Shown in pieces: positions 50,025 to 58,813 of a stretch of 64,000 bases of DNA. The number at the start of each line of letters is the position of its first letter. The first letter of the stretch is position 1. The stretch comes from an uncultured Gemmataceae bacterium. Its GTDB lineage: Bacteria > Planctomycetota > Planctomycetia > Gemmatales > Gemmataceae. The notes below the pieces were generated by a model. It ran no database searches and was not told the origin of the DNA. It was given only the letters and a program-made list of their open reading frames with translations. The stretch covers positions 448,001 through 512,000 of the forward strand of contig CAVVPN010000004.1 in assembly GCA_963750165.1 (NCBI GenBank). The letters are read 5' to 3'. The translations under genes and the position numbers were made by a program.

Positions 50025-50957
50025 TTAATGGCACTTGCTTCCACCCGAAAAGGGAGGCGTCCAGCCCGCCGGCGCGGTCAAGGAGGGCCAGCCGGCTCCC
50101 CAGACGTGGTACGCGAGCAGGGCGCTGGCCAGCAGGGCCAGGAGGGCGGCCAACCCGAAGCCCCACGCCCGGCGCGTCCAGGTTCTCTGGGCGAGCGCCC
50201 GCAGGATTTCGTCCGCCACTTCCGCGACGGGGGCGGAGACGGCCGCGGCGCCGTCCGCCGCATAACGGACCGCGGCCCGGGTGGTGGCCTCTGCCAGTCG
50301 GCCCGGCAGGGCCGGCCGCGCGAAGAACAGCAGGGCGGGCAAGCCGCAGGCCAGGGTTAGCCCGCGGTGCGCCAGACGCTTCCGGAGGAGGCCCCGGGCC
50401 CGGTCCAGCCGCCAGGCCATCGACCCCCGTGGGCAACCGACGATGCCGGCGGCCTCCTCGTGCGTCCGGCCTTCGAGGTAACAGAGCACTAACAGAATCC
50501 GATACCGCTCCGGGAGTTGGTTCAGCTCCTCGTTGAGGATCGCCAGAACTTCCCGGTTGTCTTGCTCGTCTCTGGCCTCGAGGTTTGGCATACTCGCGAC
50601 CTGTTGTTCTCGTGCTTTGCGGCTCGCCGCCCGGCCCCGAACGCGCAGAGCCGCCCGGTGCGCCACCCCGTAAAGCCAGTTCCCAAGTAGCTCGGGCCGG
50701 TCGAGCGATCCGGCCTTGCGGGCGAGGACGAGGAACGTGATCTGGAAGGCGTCCTCAGCGTCGTTCAGATCGCCGAGCACCCGGCGGCACACGCCGAGGA
50801 CCATCGGGCCGTGCCGCGCCACCAGGGCCCCGAAGGCGTCCTCGTCCCGGCTCGCGGTGAAGCGTTGCAGGAGTTCGCAGTCGCCCGGCTCCTCGCCCGC
50901 TGCCCGGCAATCTGCCCGGCGCGGCTTCCCGATTGAGCGATGGGTTCCGTTCATCAT
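50025..50957 (-). CDS. ECF sigma-70 factor with C-terminal TM extension
   Basis: ELLQRF..DEDAFGALVARHGPMVLGVCRRVL..DAEDAFQITFLVL; LPERYR..CYLEGRTHEEAA; hydrophobic tail. Confidence 0.9.
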   Translation of the reverse strand: MMNGTHRSIGKPRRADCRAAGEEPGDCELLQRFTASRDEDAFGALVARHGPMVLGVCRRVLGDLNDAEDAFQITFLVLARKAGSLDRPELLGNWLYGVAHRAALRVRGRAASRKAREQQVASMPNLEARDEQDNREVLAILNEELNQLPERYRILLVLCYLEGRTHEEAAGIVGCPRGSMAWRLDRARGLLRKRLAHRGLTLACGLPALLFFARPALPGRLAEATTRAAVRYAADGAAAVSAPVAEVADEILRALAQRTWTRRAWGFGLAALLALLASALLAYHVWGAGWPSLTAPAGWTPPFSGGSKCH

Positions 50958-51035
50958 GTTCCAGCCTCCGAACTTGTCCCAACCCTCGCCCTAATACTCC
51001 CGCGCCAGGGCCGCCCAACTAAGGTTTTTTTCCAG

Positions 51036-51323
51036 GACGGCAACGCTGGCTGGACAGTGACGCGCCAGCACATCTATACAAGGAATCGCCGCGAGCATCA
51101 ACAGGTGCAGGCATTCCGGGCCGCCGTCAAGCGTCACTACAGCGCGGAGCCCGACAAGGTGGCTTGCAACGACCTCATCACTTCGGAGCAGAACCTGGTC
51201 ACGGTCGTGGGCGCTTACCTCACCGTGCGCGGGCTGCAGTGGCAGGCGGTCGTGGACATGGCCGGCCTGCTGCAAACCGATGAGCTGTTCCAGGGAGCGG
51301 AGCGCTTCCAGAAGGCTGAGTGA
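51036..51323 (+). pseudogene. Probable 3' fragment of an unidentified gene
   Basis: Coding-like codon pattern (GNAGWTVTRQHIY...AERFQKAE*) without a clear RBS/start; 5' side abuts the ECF upstream region. Confidence 0.35.
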
Positions 51324-51380
51324 GGGCTATGGGATCGCAATGGAATTTGGAAGGTGTAACGGCAACAAGTCGCATCGTAG

Positions 51381-51451
51381 TTCGGGGAGAAGGAGTCGAA
51401 CCTTCACGCGCAGATTCAAAGTCTGCGAGCCTACCATTAGCCGATCCCCGA
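51381..51451 (-). tRNA. tRNA-Gln(TTG), no encoded CCA
   Basis: Cloverleaf TCGGGGA / GGCT-AATGGTA-GGCT / GCAGA-CTTTGAA-TCTGC / GAAGG-TTCGACT-CCTTC / TCCCCGA-A. Confidence 0.9.
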
Positions 51452-51464
51452 ATTGTTGTTCCAG

Positions 51465-51536
51465 CTGCGGTGGTAGGAGTCGAACCTACACTCATCTCCT
51501 TAACAGGGAGCCGCCTTACCGTTAGGCCACACCGCA
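51465..51536 (-). tRNA. tRNA-Asn(GTT), no encoded CCA
   Basis: TGCGGTG / GCCT-AACGGTA-AGGC / CTCC-CTGTTAA-GGAG / GTAGG-TTCGACT-CCTAC / CACCGCA-G. Confidence 0.9.
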
Positions 51537-51571
51537 ATAGCTATAGCACATCAGCGAACCAACCGCGAAGT

Positions 51572-51613
51572 AATAAAAAGAGCCAGGCGTCTGGGGTCGA
51601 TGACGCCTGGCTC
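51572..51613 (-). terminator. Intrinsic terminator/attenuator 35 nt upstream of tRNA-Asn
   Basis: GAGCCAGGCGTC-N10-GACGCCTGGCTC-TTTTTATT. Confidence 0.85.
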
Positions 51614-51644
51614 CGGGAAACACTTCCGGGGGAAGGAAGTGGGG

Positions 51645-51692
51645 TCACCACCGCTCGGGGTTCATCAGGGGTTGATTTTGATTACCGAACAT
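51645..51692 (-). CDS. Putative leader peptide MFGNQNQPLMNPERW
   Basis: ATG TTC GGT AAT CAA AAT CAA CCC CTG ATG AAC CCC GAG CGG TGG TGA; stop 31 nt before the terminator; weak RBS. Confidence 0.55.
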   Translation of the reverse strand: MFGNQNQPLMNPERW

Positions 51693-51761
51693 AATCTTCG
51701 CCCACTGGTCCGCTGTCGTTTTCGTCTCACCCTTTCAGGACGCGCGGCGTCCACACCAGGT

Positions 51762-53258
51762 TCACGCGAAAAACGCGCTGGCTTGCGCTGCATTTTTCGC
51801 GGCCTCCTCCGTGCGCTGCGCCAGCGCCCGCAGGCACTGCTCCTCTAACAGATGTCGGCTGCCGCGCAGCACCGGATGCTTCGCCACCACCGCGGCCCGG
51901 AGCGCCTCACGCTCGTCCTCGGTCAGCGCCAGCCAGGGCGGCTCCCAGGCGGCGCGGAACTGCTGCTCCTCCGCCTTCTCGCGCGCGAACGCCTCTTGCT
52001 CGCGCCGCTGCCGCTCCTGCTCCTGCTCCTTGCGCTGCTGCCGGCCCTGCTGCGCTGCCGCCGCCTTCAGCGCGTCGGCCCAGTATTTTTGCACCGCGCC
52101 GCTGAACGACCGACACTCCGGCCACTCCTTGCGCAGCACCTGCACCAGCAATGGCAGCAGCGCCTGTAATGGCTCGGCGGTCTGCGTCCGCAGCAGCGCC
52201 TGCGCCTGCTCCAGGTCGCGCGGTCCCGGTTGCGCGACCACGCTGTCCGTCCACAGTTTGTAGAAGCAGCGCACCAGGTCGTGCGCCGCCTCGGTGAACT
52301 CGGGCGGCGCCGGTGGCGGAGCGTCAGGCGGCAAGCCGCAGACAGCGGGCTCGCTCGGTTCGGCAATTTTTTCCGCCGGCGCTTGTTGAACGGCCTGGAA
52401 GTGGACGCGCCAAACGCCCGCCTGCACCTTCTGGAAGCGCTCCGACAACGGCGCCTTTGCCAGAAAGCCGACCTCCTCCAGTTCCAGGATCGCCGGCAGC
52501 AACCGCCGCTTCAGGATCGCAACGTTGTCGCTCTCCGTCAGCCCGACGTGGCCACAGGCGAACTCGATCAGGTCCATCGACAATCGCGGCGTGTTGTAGA
52601 AGCGCTTGTCCAGAAAACGGTACATGCGCTGGGCAGTCGGCGTCCGCAGCGCGAAAAACAACTCCAGGTTCAGCCGTTTGATGTTGCCGTTCTTCAGACT
52701 CTCGTGAAACTGCGGCGTCCAGGTCACCCAGCTCAACGGCGTCGCGCCCGCCTTCTTCGGGCCGCTCACCTGCCGGGCGATCTTGTACGCGCTGATGACG
52801 CCGGTTGCCAGTTCCTCCTCGTAACTGCGGCCGGCGGCATCCCACCAGGCGTTCTCATAACGGATGTTCAACGACTTCAGCCGCCGCAGCACACCGCGCA
52901 GCCGTTCGTAACTGCGGCCGTTCGGCGCCCAGTGCATGATGTCGAACAGCTGGCTCGGACAATAATGCACCACAGGATCGACGAAGTTGGTGCTGTGCTT
53001 GGCGACCCACAGCAGCGCCAGGATCACATGCTCGTCGGCGGGCGTCGGCAGGCCATCCTGCGCCTGCGTCGTCAGCGTGACGCGCTGCGTGACGCGCTGC
53101 CGCGTCTTCGCGTCCAGCCGGCTTGACTCGTAGACGATGCTGTCGAGCTTGCGGCCGGCCGCGTCGCTTGGCTGCTGTCGCTGCAGGATCGAAATCGGAA
53201 AATCCGCCAAATTCATTTCATCGCGACCGTCCTGGTACGTGCGCTTCAGATTCGGCAT
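51762..53258 (-). CDS. Plasmid-type replication initiator protein (RepA/RPA-like)
   Basis: GRDEMNLADFP, GLPTPADEHVILAL, NGRSYERLR..LRRL, YENAWWD, PTAQRMYRFLDKRF, LKRRL.PAILELEEVGFL. Confidence 0.8.
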   Translation of the reverse strand: MPNLKRTYQDGRDEMNLADFPISILQRQQPSDAAGRKLDSIVYESSRLDAKTRQRVTQRVTLTTQAQDGLPTPADEHVILALLWVAKHSTNFVDPVVHYCPSQLFDIMHWAPNGRSYERLRGVLRRLKSLNIRYENAWWDAAGRSYEEELATGVISAYKIARQVSGPKKAGATPLSWVTWTPQFHESLKNGNIKRLNLELFFALRTPTAQRMYRFLDKRFYNTPRLSMDLIEFACGHVGLTESDNVAILKRRLLPAILELEEVGFLAKAPLSERFQKVQAGVWRVHFQAVQQAPAEKIAEPSEPAVCGLPPDAPPPAPPEFTEAAHDLVRCFYKLWTDSVVAQPGPRDLEQAQALLRTQTAEPLQALLPLLVQVLRKEWPECRSFSGAVQKYWADALKAAAAQQGRQQRKEQEQERQRREQEAFAREKAEEQQFRAAWEPPWLALTEDEREALRAAVVAKHPVLRGSRHLLEEQCLRALAQRTEEAAKNAAQASAFFA

Positions 53259-53269
53259 CGCTTGATGGT

Positions 53270-53801
53270 GGGTGAGAATTTTCGATAAGTCAAAAACACA
53301 CTGACTCACTATTCCAACGTCGGCAGCGCTTCGCAAGAGAGTTTGCGGTTTTGGTGTGGGTTTTCTTCTTTCCGTTTTGGTTCTGGTTTACGCACGGCGC
53401 TTGCACGCCGTAAAGTCTGAAATAAGTGGGACTTGTTAAGATTGGTCCGAGCTGAACTGTGCGCGGTCGCACGGGGATCGGGTGCGCCGCCGCACGCGGA
53501 CGGGCCGGAAAACGTGCCGCCGCCGCACGGCGACGGAATGCGCGACTGCACGGGAACAGCCGCTAAAAGGTGCGCCGCCGCACGGGGATTCGGCTGCGTT
53601 TTTCCTGCGCGGCGAAATCAGACATGATTTCGGGGCTGCGCAGCTGCAGCGCAGCTGTAAACGAGCCCGATGCGCAGCTGCGCCGGCCGCCAACCATCAG
53701 CCGGGGCGGCTCATCGACAAAGATCCACGATCATCCGCGCACATTTTCCGGGGACGGGCAGACGCCGCTCAACGCAAGTTCACGATCCACCGCGCACATT
53801 T
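53270..53801. other. Putative iteron-type replication origin / Rep operator region
   Basis: AT-richer tract 53270-53450; five TGCGC-N4-GCACG(G/C)(G/C)(G/A)A-like repeats 53459-53588; two 21-mers at 53726 and 53781. Confidence 0.6.
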
Positions 53802-53803
53802 CA

Positions 53804-53897
53804 GGAGGCGCCGAACAACAACTTCGTAGGACGGCTCTCCAGAGCCGTCGGGACGGCTCTGGAGAGCCGTCCTACGAAGTTGTTGTTCGGCGCCTCC
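53804..53897. repeat. REPIN-like perfect palindrome (same REP as the 40-kb array)
   Basis: 46-bp perfect arms, 2-nt loop, containing GTAGGACGGCTCTCCAGAGCCGTC. Confidence 0.9.
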
Positions 53898-53904
53898 ATA
53901 GCGA

Positions 53905-54678
53905 TCAGCGGCGCGACAACATCGAGCCGAAGATGATCGCCCCCAGTGCCAGGAAAATCAGCAGAAAGATACTGGTCGAAATGCTCAGGAACCACGTCGC
54001 GGTGTTGTTCTCCGGCGTCTCCAGCTTCGCCAGCGCCCGGCCCAGCTCGCGCTCCACCTCGGCACGCAGCGCCGGCGCGAAGACACGCCAGTGCAATGTT
54101 ACGTGGAACAGCGCCGGGAAGGCGTCCAGCTCCACGACGGCCGGCTCGCTCAATCCGAGCGTGGTAGCCGGGCGCGGCGGCGTGGCGGTGATGGCGGTGT
54201 CGTCGGCACCGACGGCCGCCGCCGCCGGGCTGGCGACCTGGATGGTGTAGCGGTCGCCGACCCGGCTGGCGCTCAGGCCGAGGTGCTCCAGCGTCTCCAG
54301 GAAGGTGCGTTCGAGTTCCTCCGGCTCGACGTTGTAGACGACGGTGCTGCGGCCGCGCCACCAGAGCAGAAACGCGCCGCCACCCAGCACCACCAGGAAG
54401 TAGAACAGCCAGATGCCCCACCACAGCGACCAGATGTCGTGCAGCGTCTGGCCCGGCGACGGCCGGCCGAAGGAGAACTCGAACAGGTTGCGATGATACT
54501 GGCCGCTGAGGACCGCCGGGCCGACCACCAGCAGGAAGCCGGACGACGCGAACAGCAGACCGACGAAGTCCCACGCACCGTTGACCATGAGCGGCCGCAG
54601 TCGGCGGTTAATCAGGCCGAGCACGCCACAGTAGACGCCGATGGGGAACAGGAAGACCGCGAGCAATAGGAGAAACAA
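53905..54678 (-). CDS. Hypothetical membrane protein
   Basis: Three N-terminal TMs, a soluble domain and a C-terminal TM. Confidence 0.75.
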   Translation of the reverse strand: MFLLLLAVFLFPIGVYCGVLGLINRRLRPLMVNGAWDFVGLLFASSGFLLVVGPAVLSGQYHRNLFEFSFGRPSPGQTLHDIWSLWWGIWLFYFLVVLGGGAFLLWWRGRSTVVYNVEPEELERTFLETLEHLGLSASRVGDRYTIQVASPAAAAVGADDTAITATPPRPATTLGLSEPAVVELDAFPALFHVTLHWRVFAPALRAEVERELGRALAKLETPENNTATWFLSISTSIFLLIFLALGAIIFGSMLSRR

Positions 54679-54829
54679 CGGCGGCTCCTCGACAGGGGAG
54701 GTTCGACCCGGCCGACCGGGTAAGACACGTATTCTATGCGGCGGTGCGGGTTAGGGTCAATCAGCGGTCACAAGCGCGCTTGACGGGGCGCCCGACGACG
54801 GCTACAAGGCGCGGCCTGATTTTCCGTGA

Positions 54830-54887
54830 GGCAGACAGGAATGTCTGCCCCACGGAAGAACGGCAGACAGGAATGTCTGCCCCACGG
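54830..54887. repeat. Direct pair of GTGG-type REPs
   Basis: GGCAGACAGGAATGTCTGCCCCACGG at 54830 and 54862. Confidence 0.8.
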
Positions 54888-54918
54888 CAAGCAACCCCCA
54901 GCCGCAAGGAGGAACGCG

Positions 54919-55746
54919 ATGACCCATTGCCTGAAACGCTCCCGCTGGTTGGCCTCGCTGGGCGTGGCCTGCTGCACGTTGTTGTTCCCTTACGGGTCGG
55001 CGGTCACCACCGCCCAGGACAAGGCGCCGCCCGGCGACCGCCTGCACCAGCCTTTCACGGTGGCGACCATCGACGAGGCCCCGGAGGGCCAGCGCCTGCT
55101 GGAGCGCACCAAAACCAACCTGAGCGTCGGCAAACTGTACGAGCAGGTCGTTGGCAACGATGGCGTCGGCGGCCTGTGGGAGCAGGTGAAGTTCGTGTCG
55201 CCGGCCGGCAAACGCCTGGCGTACACTGCGACCATCAAGACGGCGCTGGGCGATGTTGTGCTCGAACTGTGGCCGGACGTGGCCCCGAACCACGTGCGCA
55301 ACTTCGTGGCCCTGGCGCGCGCCGGCTATTACAATGGCCTGGGCTTCGACCGCACCGAGTTGACGCAGGTCGAGGGTCAGCCGCTGGAGTGTCTGTACGC
55401 CGGCTGTCCGGAGGGCACGGGCGACGCGGGCCTGGGCAGCATCGGCTACTGGATGAAGCCGGAACTGAGCAAGGCGGTCAAGCACGAGCCCGGCACGGTC
55501 GGCGCCTACCACGAGGAGGAGGTGGAAACGGCGGCCTGCAAGTTCTACATTACCCTGAGCACGGCCCCGTACAAGGATGGCGAGTTTTCGGTGTTCGGCA
55601 AGGTCACGCAGGGGCTGGACGTGCTGCGTGCCATTCGGGGCCGACCCGTACACCAGGACGACCTCAAGGATCGGCCCGTGGAGCCGGTCGTCATGCAGTC
55701 CGTGACGATCGACTGCCGCGAGGTCGAGGCGGCACCGCCGCGGTAA
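54919..55746 (+). CDS. Exported cyclophilin-type peptidyl-prolyl isomerase
   Basis: AAGGAGG RBS, signal peptide, LELWPDVAPNHVRNF, GYYNGLGFDR, FSVFGKV. Confidence 0.85.
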   Translation: MTHCLKRSRWLASLGVACCTLLFPYGSAVTTAQDKAPPGDRLHQPFTVATIDEAPEGQRLLERTKTNLSVGKLYEQVVGNDGVGGLWEQVKFVSPAGKRLAYTATIKTALGDVVLELWPDVAPNHVRNFVALARAGYYNGLGFDRTELTQVEGQPLECLYAGCPEGTGDAGLGSIGYWMKPELSKAVKHEPGTVGAYHEEEVETAACKFYITLSTAPYKDGEFSVFGKVTQGLDVLRAIRGRPVHQDDLKDRPVEPVVMQSVTIDCREVEAAPPR

Positions 55747-55762
55747 CGAAGGGAAGTGTCCG

Positions 55763-56308
55763 ATGGCCGGCAACGTGACCAAGCAGCAGATCGACGACGC
55801 CCAGAAGGACATCGACCTCGCCAGCAAGACGTACACCGTCGAGCTGACGACGAGCATGGGGCCGATTCGCCTGCAGTTCTACCCGGACGTGGCGCCCGGC
55901 CACGTCAAGAATTTCATCGCGCTGGCACAGACGGGCTTCTATAATGGAGTGACATTCCACCGGGTCATCAAGGGATTCATGAACCAGAGTGGCTGTCCGC
56001 ACGGCACCGGCATGGGCGACGCGGGCTACAAGCTGAAGGCCGAGTTCAACAAGATGCCGCACGAGGACGGCACGCTGTCGATGGCACGCGGTCCGAGTCA
56101 CGATTCAGCCGGTTCGCAGTTCTTCATCTGCGCCGGCCGGCAACGAGGTCTGGACAACGAGTACACCGTTTTCGGCAAGACGGCGGACGCGGAATCGCTG
56201 GAGACCGTCCACAAGATTAACAACGTCAAGACCAGTGGCTCCCCCAATGACCGGCCGCTGCAGCCGGTGGTCATCGAGAAGGCGACGGTGACGGAGCAGG
56301 CGAAGTAA
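55763..56308 (+). CDS. Cytoplasmic cyclophilin-type peptidyl-prolyl isomerase
   Basis: APGHVKNF, FHRVIKGFM.Q.G.P.G.G, LSMAR, SAGSQFFI, YTVFG. Confidence 0.95.
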   Translation: MAGNVTKQQIDDAQKDIDLASKTYTVELTTSMGPIRLQFYPDVAPGHVKNFIALAQTGFYNGVTFHRVIKGFMNQSGCPHGTGMGDAGYKLKAEFNKMPHEDGTLSMARGPSHDSAGSQFFICAGRQRGLDNEYTVFGKTADAESLETVHKINNVKTSGSPNDRPLQPVVIEKATVTEQAK

Positions 56309-56324
56309 ACCATGTGCGAATCAC

Positions 56325-56466
56325 ACACGGCCCGCGTCGCGAGGCTGGGAGGGGACCCACGCAAAGGGAAGTTGTGAACCTGGTCAGGCCGGAAGGTGCA
56401 GCCATAAGCAGCGGACCCTTGTGCAGTGGATCAGCCTCTCTCAGCCATCCCGGTGCGGGCTCGTGT
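56325..56466 (+). ncRNA. ffs: Signal recognition particle RNA (4.5S-type); ends approximate
   Basis: GTGAACCTGGTCAGGCCGGAAGGTGCAGCCATAAG domain-IV motif inside a long hairpin; usual position upstream of dnaX. Confidence 0.88.
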
Positions 56467-56478
56467 ATTTCTTCTGCC

Positions 56479-56545
56479 GGCGAGCGGGGTCGCGTCAGCG
56501 ACCCGTGTTTCCAATTCACGGGGCGCTGACGCAACCGCGCTCGCC
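56479..56545. repeat. Palindromic repeat, CGAGCGG family
   Basis: GGCGAGCGGGGTCGCGTCAGCGACCCGTG...CACGGGGCGCTGACGCAACCGCGCTCGCC. Confidence 0.75.
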
Positions 56546-56582
56546 TCACACAGCGGAGCCCGCCACGTGAGGACCACGCATC

Positions 56583-58370
56583 ATGGCAAAACGGAAGCCC
56601 ACCTCCGACAACGGCGAGGAATCCCCGGTTGAGTCCCCCGGCTACACCGTCCTGGCCCGCCGCTACCGCCCGCAGCTGTTCGGCGATCTCGTCGGCCAGG
56701 AAGCGGTCGCCCAGGCCCTGAGCAACGCCATCACCAGCGACCGCGTCGCCCACGCCTACCTCTTCACCGGCGCCCGCGGTGTCGGCAAAACGAGCACCGC
56801 CCGCATCCTCGCCAAGGCGCTCAACTGCGAACAGGGCCCGACCGTCACGCCCTGCGGTGTCTGCGACAGCTGCCGCCGCATCGCCGCCGGTGAGGACGTG
56901 GACGTGCTCGAGATCGACGGCGCCAGCAACCGCGGCATTGACGAGGTGCGCGAAATTCGTCAGAACGTCCAGTACCTGCCGCAACATTCACGATACAAAA
57001 TATTTATCATTGATGAAGTGCATATGTTGACGGCCCCGGCGTTCAACGCCCTGTTGAAAACGCTGGAGGAGCCGCCGTCGCACGTCAAATTCATCTTCGC
57101 GACCACCGAGGCGCAGAAAATCCCCGTCACGATCCTGTCGCGCTGCCAGCGCTTCGACTTCGCCGGCATCAGCACGCCACGCATCGTCGCACGGCTGCGC
57201 GACATCGTGCGCAGCGAACAGATGAACGCCGACGACGAGGCGCTGGAACTGGTCGCGCACCGCGCCGGCGGCTCCATGCGCGACGCTCAGTCGCTGCTCG
57301 ATCAACTTTTAGCGTTCAGCAAGGACAGGCTGACGGCGGCCCGCGTCCACCAGCTGCTCGGCACCGCCAACGAGGAGCGCGTCGCCAGCCTGGCCGCCGC
57401 GGTCCTGGCGCACGACGGCAAACAGGCCCTGGAACAGCTCGCCCAGGCCGCCGACCAGGGGCTGCAACTCGGCGAACTGCTCGACCAGCTCATCGAATAC
57501 TGGCGCGACCTCATGGTGGTCAACTGCTCCGGCGGTGAGGTGCAGCCGCTGAGCGTCACCGGCGCCCAGCGCGACGCCCTGAAACAGCAGGCGAAAGCGC
57601 TGTCGCTGGACACCATCCTGGCCGGCCTGGACGTGTTGGTCAGCAGCAAGAATCGGCTGCGCTCCAGTCAGCACAGCCGCGTCCTCGTCGAGATGGCACT
57701 GGTGCGGCTCAGCCGGCTGCTCGACCTGGTGCCGCTCGGCCAGCTGGCGCAGTGGCTGACGCAGGGTGGCACGCCGCGCCCGGCCGCTGCCCCGGCCCCA
57801 ATCGCGCCCCGCCCCGCCAGCCCGACGGCGGACAGCGGGGTAAAAAAAAAGCCGCTGAACGGCACAGGTGAGCCCGCCTCAACCACTGCCGCTGTGCTAC
57901 CGTTAACGCGGGAGACGTTGGGGCTGGTGTGGAGCGAAACCTTGGCGAAAATCGGGCCTACGCTGGCCCATGAACTGAAGAATAAGGCAGAGCCTGCAAT
58001 TTTCGGGCCAAACACTCTGGTAATTCGCTTTCCGAGCCGCTATAATCCCCAAAGAGATCGCTGTCAGGAGTCGGCGAACACTGCCAGGCTGGAAAAAGCG
58101 CTCCGCGAGATCACGGGGCAGCCTTGCACCCTGCGGTTCGACACTCTGACGGAGACCTCGACAACCAGCGCCGGCCCCGCGGCTGCGGGTGCGGACTCGG
58201 AAACCGCACAGGCGCGCTCTCGACGTCACAAACAACAGGCGGAGCAGCTGCCGCTGCTGAAGAGCGCCCTGGAGGTGCTGGGCGCCCAGGTCGTCAGCAT
58301 GGATGACGACTTCGGCGCCGCGCCGCCCCCTGCGGACAAACCCCCTGGGCCCGACCCGGGGCAACCTTGA
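56583..58370 (+). CDS. dnaX: DNA polymerase III subunit gamma/tau
   Basis: LARRYRP, HAYLFTGARGVGKT, CGVCDSC, EIDGASNRG, IIDEVHML, SRC; A9 run at 57842-57850. Confidence 0.97.
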   Translation: MAKRKPTSDNGEESPVESPGYTVLARRYRPQLFGDLVGQEAVAQALSNAITSDRVAHAYLFTGARGVGKTSTARILAKALNCEQGPTVTPCGVCDSCRRIAAGEDVDVLEIDGASNRGIDEVREIRQNVQYLPQHSRYKIFIIDEVHMLTAPAFNALLKTLEEPPSHVKFIFATTEAQKIPVTILSRCQRFDFAGISTPRIVARLRDIVRSEQMNADDEALELVAHRAGGSMRDAQSLLDQLLAFSKDRLTAARVHQLLGTANEERVASLAAAVLAHDGKQALEQLAQAADQGLQLGELLDQLIEYWRDLMVVNCSGGEVQPLSVTGAQRDALKQQAKALSLDTILAGLDVLVSSKNRLRSSQHSRVLVEMALVRLSRLLDLVPLGQLAQWLTQGGTPRPAAAPAPIAPRPASPTADSGVKKKPLNGTGEPASTTAAVLPLTRETLGLVWSETLAKIGPTLAHELKNKAEPAIFGPNTLVIRFPSRYNPQRDRCQESANTARLEKALREITGQPCTLRFDTLTETSTTSAGPAAAGADSETAQARSRRHKQQAEQLPLLKSALEVLGAQVVSMDDDFGAAPPPADKPPGPDPGQP

Positions 58371-58382
58371 GGAGGCCTGACC

Positions 58383-58724
58383 ATGTTCAAAGAGATCGGC
58401 CAGCTCGCCAGCCTGATGCGCAACCTGCCGAAGATCCGCGAGGAGGTCGGCCAGATGCAGGAGCGCCTGGGCAAGATCGTCGTGGACGGCGACGCCGGCG
58501 CCGGCATGGTCAAGACCCGGGTCAACGGCAAGATCGAGTTGATCGCCTGCACCATCAGCGAGGAAGCGCTGCAGCTGAACGACCGCGAGATGCTCGAAGG
58601 GCTCATCAAGGCGGCGGTCAACCAGGCCATCCAGAAGGCCCGCGAACAGGTCGCCGAGGAGACCGGCAAGATGGCGTCCAACCTCGGTCTGCCGCCGGGC
58701 ATGAACTTGCCTGGGATGGCGTGA
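58383..58724 (+). CDS. ybaB: YbaB/EbfC nucleoid-associated protein
   Basis: GDAGAGMVK, DREMLEGLIKAAVNQA; located between dnaX and recR. Confidence 0.92.
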   Translation: MFKEIGQLASLMRNLPKIREEVGQMQERLGKIVVDGDAGAGMVKTRVNGKIELIACTISEEALQLNDREMLEGLIKAAVNQAIQKAREQVAEETGKMASNLGLPPGMNLPGMA

Positions 58725-58736
58725 GGTGACGTGTCG

Positions 58737-58789
58737 GAGCCCGAGCGCCAGCGCGGTGGCCGCACTGCCCCGCGCTGGCGCTCGGGCTC
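58737..58789. repeat. Palindromic repeat
   Basis: 20-bp perfect arms GAGCCCGAGCGCCAGCGCGG. Confidence 0.75.
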
Positions 58790-58813
58790 GGACGAAGAGC
58801 GGTTCGCCCGGGG

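Noticed and set aside
51381..53897. Prophage or ICE integrated at the tRNAs
   Set aside because: No integrase, att duplication, or phage/conjugation genes; repA lies on the 5' side of the tRNAs
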